The notes under the pieces were generated by a model. That model made no database searches, had not been told where the DNA came from, and saw only the letters and a program-made list of their open reading frames with translations. Below, piece by piece: positions 57,947-64,000 of a DNA stretch of 64,000 bases. Position numbers and translations under genes: made by a program. Numbering within the stretch: the stretch's first letter is position 1; each line of letters opens with the position of its first letter. This stretch comes from Anthoceros angustus. Its lineage: Eukaryota > Plantae > Anthocerotophyta. The DNA lies in the NCBI GenBank assembly GCA_010909165.1, contig MU008151.1, forward strand, positions 186,001 through 250,000, given 5' to 3'.

Positions 57947-58319
57947 GTCGGATGGGCTCCGCGTCGACCTCAGGGAGCTGCGAGGTTGGTGCTGGAAGGA
58001 AGGCTGTGGGAAGAGAGGAGCAGTGCAGTGGAATGGAGGTGTGGAGGTGGACACTGGCATCATATACAGTAGGCCGCAAGGTTGGTGCAAGGCTGGTCCA
58101 CGGCCGGCCAGAGTTTCTGCTGCTACAGCGCGGGAACCGATGGCAAGCCAGGCTGACCTCGCTGATTCTTGGGCATTTTCCGGAAATCAAGCATCCGGAG
58201 GTGCACGTGAGTTTAGTGCCCGTGTCTGTCGCGATTGCTGCGAATCCCACCATCGCTGCGCTCTGGTGCGAATCTGGCTCGTGGAAACCAACATGTTTGC
58301 TTTCCCGAGGGCTGACTTG

Positions 58320-60870
58320 GTAGCCACAGTGGGAGCTCCTCGAGGACGGACTTGGTAGCCCACCGTGGAGCTCCTCAATGGTTATCGGCGTTACATCTTT
58401 ACGATTCACCTCCTTTTTGCAAGTAGAAGCTTTGGCCGAGTGGTTCCATTCCTTGCTTCCATTCCCCACCCTCCCTTTTCTTGCCTGCCGCCTCGCTGTT
58501 CTAACCTCTGCCCCTCCACTTTTCCTTTCAAATTTTGCCATCCTCCCGTGCAAACCAACCCCCGCCATCCTGGTTTGATGCGGATTGTAAGCATGCGCTC
58601 TCAATTGCATCTCACTTTGCGCCAACTTAATCTCCTCCGGATCCCATCATTCCGCTTTTACAAAGCCACCAAGCCTTACAAAGCCTTCATCTCCATGAAA
58701 AAGTCCCAATTCATCCAAGAACACACACCGTCTTATCTCTGTCAACGCCCCGGTGGCTCGCCTTTGGAAGGAATTCCACACCCGCTCACCCATTCTTCTC
58801 AAAGCCACTCTGAACTCCTCTCCTATGTTCATAGTCTTTACCACATCCCTCTCGCCTCCTTGCCTCGATTCCTCCGATCCCGGTCTGGTTTCACCGCCAA
58901 TCTGCTGTCTGCTATCAAGCTCGTGGTACACCATCGACCCTAATGGTATCCCCGGGATTTATTCCGGTTTGACTCTACCTCCTTCTCCTCGCATCTTGCC
59001 TCTCTGCTTAATGATGCTTTGTCTTTCGGTTTCGATCCTTGGTGTGAGAATGATATCCACTCCATTCTCAAGGTCACCCTTATCTCCCTTCTAATTACCG
59101 ATTTATCAGTGGAGTCTATCTATGCTAAGATCTTTAGCTCTAGTTTGGAGATCTTGACTACTTCTGAGGAGGCTAAGTGCTCGGCTGTTTCTGCCCGGCC
59201 TGAATACTTTGGATCATCTTTTACCCTCCGGCTATTGGACATCCCAAGAAGCACGTCATCGTTGTTTTGTTGACTTTAGCGTGCTTTCAACTCGCCTTGG
59301 GATAAGTTGTTTGAGACTTCAATCTCTTAAGATGCCTCCTCATTTGTGGCATGTCACTTCTTCTACAAAAGGGTCTTTGCTCGAATCAAGACTCCCGTGG
59401 TTTGTCTTCCCACCGATCCCTATCCAACTTGGCGTCGCGACCCTTTGTCCCCAAATCTCTTTGGGTTGTATATTGATGAGCTTGAGGAATGGCTTCTTCG
59501 ATCCGGCGACCGGTGCTCGGCTATTTCGAAAGTATTCCTATCCTCCTATATGATATTGTTCTTTTATCTCATTCTGAGGGCCTCAGCAATCGGATGTTTT
59601 ATCCCTTTTTGTAAAACCAAGGGTCTCTTTGTCAATCTGCAAGACCAAGATTACGGTTCAACACTGGGATTACAAGGGTGATTGCAAATTTTATTATGAT
59701 GGTCGGGAGGTGGAGATGGTTCGATCCTATACTTATCTGGGTATCACTATTTTCGGTCCTAAATTTAACTGGACCTCCTCCGCCTCCTCCCGCGCTACCA
59801 AGGGATGGGCTCTTCGCCGTTTTGCTGTGATGAATTCGTGATATCAATCTTCTAAGCATTGCTCAACACTATGGTAATTCCCTCGCCTTGTATGGCGCTG
59901 AAATTTGGGGCCGGATCTTTCCCTTCTTCTTGGGCAAAGGTGGAAAGGGTTCAATCTTCCTTTCTCCGCTCACATTGCTTGTAAGCGTGACTCCATTACC
60001 CATCCTCCTTTCTCGAATTTGCGCCTTTCTCGAACTTGATCTCTCATCCTTTCTTTACCGCCTCCACCTCCTTGATATTGCTAATCCCATTTTGGATCCC
60101 CTTACCTCCTCCTTGCCTTTAGGTCCTCCCGCCTCGCTCAATCGACCCACAAGCTTCCGGCTTTCAAGCTGCCAACCGCTTAGAAGATTCGAGTTTGAAC
60201 CTTTTCGACTCCCCTTGGCCCCCTCTCCTCCCAACTCCCCTTTCTCACATCCCCAACCACTCCATTCGCAGGCCCTTAAATTAAGATACCTTCGCCACCG
60301 GTCCCCTCTTTCCTTTTCCCCTCTCACTTCTAGACTCCGCTTTTACAAAGACGAGAGCTCCGAGTTAATCCTCCCTCCGTAAATTTCCTACCCCGCCTGC
60401 CACCTTTCCTTCAAACTCCGCACACTCATAGGTCAATTTCGTTAGCTCCCACCACCTCCTGATTGAGACCGACTGCTGGCTCAAGCCTACCCTCCCAAGA
60501 CGATAGGATCCGCAAGCTTTGCTCCTTGGATCCCGAATGAATCACACTTCCTCTTTTATTGTCCCTATGCCGATATTCGGTCTCGTTACACTCTTCTTTT
60601 GAATGTGCTTCTCGCCCATGATTTTTTCTTTCCACATTCCTAGGCTCTGGACTATGTCTCTCGAGCTTCTTGATCTTGGCAGTCCTTGTTGGACTCCTAG
60701 TAGTCTTGCCTTCTTTTACGCTTCCCTCATGCACCGCTTCTCTAGTTCGACGTATAAGTATCTCGTCCCATGATGGTTCTTCCATCCTTAGTGGACATAA
60801 ATAAAGTTTTGTTGTTGTTGGTTAAAGGGGTGTTAAAGGTTTAGTGGACATAAATAAAGTTGTTGTTGCT
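58320..60870 (+). mobile_element. Mirror copy of the LINE
   Basis: Reverse complement of 37718-40440, deletion-rich. Confidence 0.8.
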
Positions 60871-61128
60871 TACTTAACTACATGGGTTGGTGCGAGAGTT
60901 CGAATCCGCATGTGGTTGTTTTACACCCACTTGATATTAGAACACCATTTCGATGCTAGAATATCGTATCGTTTTACCCAATTGTGATTATACAGCGTGG
61001 AGAATGAGAAACCCACAACAACGCTAATTACGCATGTAACATGATAAAATTAAAATTAGATAGGTGAACCCATCTTTATGTATAAGTAAAATAGATATAT
61101 CGTTGAGTAGATCTCTTTGACCTCCAAA

Positions 61129-61760
61129 TGGCTTAAGCCAAATGGACACACACATCTTAAGAACGTCTCTACACAACAAAGGGGACACGGATGGGAGTAC
61201 GAGCGAATGCCTCGGACTCGGACTCGGATAGAGTACCCAGAGACCAATGCCTCGCGTGGATGGGCTACAGAGCAATACCTCGGACCCGGATGAGGTACCT
61301 AAAGACCAATGCCTCGGACCTAGATGGGGTACCTAGAGCACTTAGAGAGAAATGACTCGGACTTGGATGGGGTAGGAAAGCAATGCCTCAACCCGGATGG
61401 GGTACCTAGAGACCAATGCCTCTAATGGGGTACTTAGAGAGTAATGCCTCGGACCCAAATTGGGTACCTAGAGACCAATGCCTTGGACACGGGATGAGGT
61501 ACCTCGAGAGCAATGCCTCAGTGCTAGTAGCCTAGTTGACTCCATGGAGCAAATTGTGCGGAGAACCAAGTGCCATGGCGAAGGGGTACCTAGAGTACTA
61601 GAGACCCATGACTCGGACATGGATGGGGTAGTTACCTACCATACCTAGAGACCAATGACTTAGACAGATGGGGTACTTAGAGAGGCAATGCCTCTAGTGC
61701 TATTAGCCTAGTTGACTTCATTGAGCAAGTTGCCACGAGAACCAAGTGCCATGGCGGCAT
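61129..61760 (+). mobile_element. Mirror copy of the minisatellite-expanded SINE relative
   Basis: Reverse complement of 36806-37446. Confidence 0.55.
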
Positions 61761-62411
61761 GTTCATCGTTAGTGCACTTCAAATAAATTTGTTTGTTTGT
61801 CTTCCAGAATTGAGAATTCAAATTTTAAACTTTCTAGAAATTAAGAATTCAACATCAATCTAATTGAAAAATCTTGAAATATATAAATTACATCTACAAT
61901 AAGTTGAACTTGTTTACCACTATACTTAAGTGTCTCTATCTAAATTGACTACCATAGATAGGGTGCTGGGTTGAGTGCCCCTTCACTTAGTATTTTATTT
62001 TTAGAAAAGGTGTAATTTTAACAATAAATTAGTTTTACAGAGTTTACAAAAAAATTATTTTACTCCAATTACACACTCTGTAAGTTTGAAATAGTAAGCC
62101 AATAGCTTTTGTTCCACGGGAAAAAGTGATGCAATGGAAAAGCTGTTGTTAAGATCCAATCGATAGCCAAATGAAAGCGGTGTGTAACTTGCAAACCCGA
62201 GTGCGACCGCGCTTGACTCGGTGTTGGACTCGTACACTCAAGTGCCGAGGATACATCTATACACAACTTTCGACAAAAAAATATATTAGTTTTTAATAAA
62301 CTAATAAATATTAAATATTTTAGTAAAATAACTTTAATTTTTGCCCAAAGTATAGCCTTCTATATTGTATTGAAGATAACAAATCTTTGCAATCGTAGGA
62401 TGGTTGATCAA

Positions 62412-63492
62412 CTATACACATATATGTTTTGAATATTTTTGTGTTATAGATAAATTATATTTTGGATGCCCATGATATCTGCTATCCAATACGGTTCAAA
62501 TGAGGATGAAATTTTCTGATCTTCATCAACTAGTGAAAATAAAAATATGTTCAATGTTTCATTTTGTCTCATTGGGGTTCCCCTTCCACTGTGCAAAGTC
62601 AATAAGCCGTTGGTTGTAAGCATGCCTTCGTAAATTTGCATTTTCTCACCTTTTGTTGGCCATCCTGTTTCTCCAACTATGATTTGCATATTACCATAAC
62701 ATCCACATCCATTAAAGTGCTACTACACATGTCATATGATGCTTGAAATAAACTAGGATATGGCATTTGTGTTAATTTGTTGCATTCAAAAGCATATGCT
62801 AGAGGAATCGATCATTACTATCGAGAGCATAGAAAGGATATACATTTATTGAAAATACCCTCAATTTTATCTAAAAATGCTACAATATCTTTCATAACAT
62901 ATGATAGATCCTCACGAAATGTTGATTGTGATGGAATACTCGAACTTGAAACAACATCATAATTGAAAGTTGTAAGCCTTATGGTATCGACCATATATTT
63001 TCTTCAAAGCTTGATATAAATTTTGTAATGGGAGTAACATAGGAGCAAAATTTTGATTCGAGAAAAGTAAAGAGGTTCGTTCCCAAGACCAATATACCCG
63101 CAATAAAAGATTGAATTAGTGTTCCACAAAGAAATTCATACAAAACCTTCACGTTTACAATGAATTTCTCCTTACATGATATTTGTACCACGGTGTTTAT
63201 ATGGCTTTACATTCTTTTGAATCCATTTACGCATTATGGACACTTTGAGAAAAGCATAATTATATCAATTTCAGTTCCTAGCATCACTCCGATTTACGAA
63301 GATGAAGCTAAGCGCATCCAAGGTCAGCATTTGGTGAAAAAATTTCACTTGATCAAAGCCATATCTTTTAATTAACTGAACCGCAAATGATGGGTCTAAG
63401 CGTTGAGATGAAGTCATTCCCCAATTTATTCCAATCCCTTCTGTTGTCAAACTTAAACAACATAATACTATGCAAAATAATATAAACTTCAT
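62412..63492 (-). pseudogene. Mirror copy of the GH17 glucanase, heavily frameshifted
   Basis: Reverse complement of 35024-36131; MKFILFCIV... and MQIIVGETGWPTKGE are still readable. Confidence 0.75.
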
Positions 63493-64000
63493 TATAACGA
63501 TTTGAAAGAAGGCTCCTTCGTAACGCAAACTTTTCTGTGAGACCTAATGGTACATTGGTCTTGCATGCAAAATCATGCCGCATGTGTATCTTTAAAAACC
63601 ATCTAATACTTTTGACAAAATCTCATTTTATAGTTCTCCTAGGAGCACCTCTCACTATGGAGCCAAGATATATGTAGCAAGTGCCGGACAACCAACAGCC
63701 TTGGATCGCGCCAATTCACTCCTGCTCCAAGATGTGCACAAAAATCTCACAACGTTTTATTTCTCACGACACAATTCTAGGCCCCCAGCAGTCCAGCGCG
63801 CACAAATGACTCATAAAAGACCTCCTAAAGGCTGCTCTTTATTCACAAAGTACATATTAGAGTCCAGCCATTACGCCCCTTTGGCTAGGGCACTTAGACT
63901 CAATGAGAACTTAGCTCTTCTAGCTAGATCTCCACAATCCCCAATGTAAAGCATAAGCTTTTAGGCTAACCCTTTTGTATCTCAGAAGCTCGCCCCAATT

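Larger units (their letters stand above)
49176..64000. repeat. Right arm of the giant inverted repeat (includes an extra ~830-bp insertion at 55051-55891)
   Basis: Reverse complement of 48837 to 34501, with many small indels, mostly deletions. Confidence 0.92.

Overview
Eukaryotic nuclear DNA from a land plant with compact GT-AG introns of about 80-120 bp; a seed-free lineage such as a hornwort or lycophyte is my inference only. Clearly supported genes: a 13-exon RNA polymerase II largest subunit (RPB1, 2176-8788, -) head-to-head with an intronless penta-EF-hand gene (9302-10395, +), sulfiredoxin (20114-20697+, -), an intact orphan beta-propeller-like ORF (29826-31610, -), a GH17 beta-1,3-glucanase, a secreted His/Pro-rich protein and a dirigent-like gene. 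The most striking object is an 8.2-kb non-coding Athila-type (tRNA-Asp-primed) LTR retroelement at 11069-19238, flanked by the TSD ACAGA. Besides its normal 18-nt PBS it carries a tandem array of three nearly full-length, CCA-ended copies of its own primer tRNA-Asp, each fused to an LTR terminus. The window also has a 5S-rRNA-derived SINE family that shares a covarying 3' stem-loop with a local LINE, and intron-retaining fragments of the sulfiredoxin locus scattered across 28-56 kb. From 34501 to the end of the window the sequence is one inverted repeat with arms of at least 14 kb, centred near 49.0 kb. Caveat: repeated regions carry many small, non-shared indels while single-copy RPB1 is clean, so many frameshifts, and possibly the palindrome itself, may be long-read or polishing artefacts. 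All alignments were made by eye; no database search was run.
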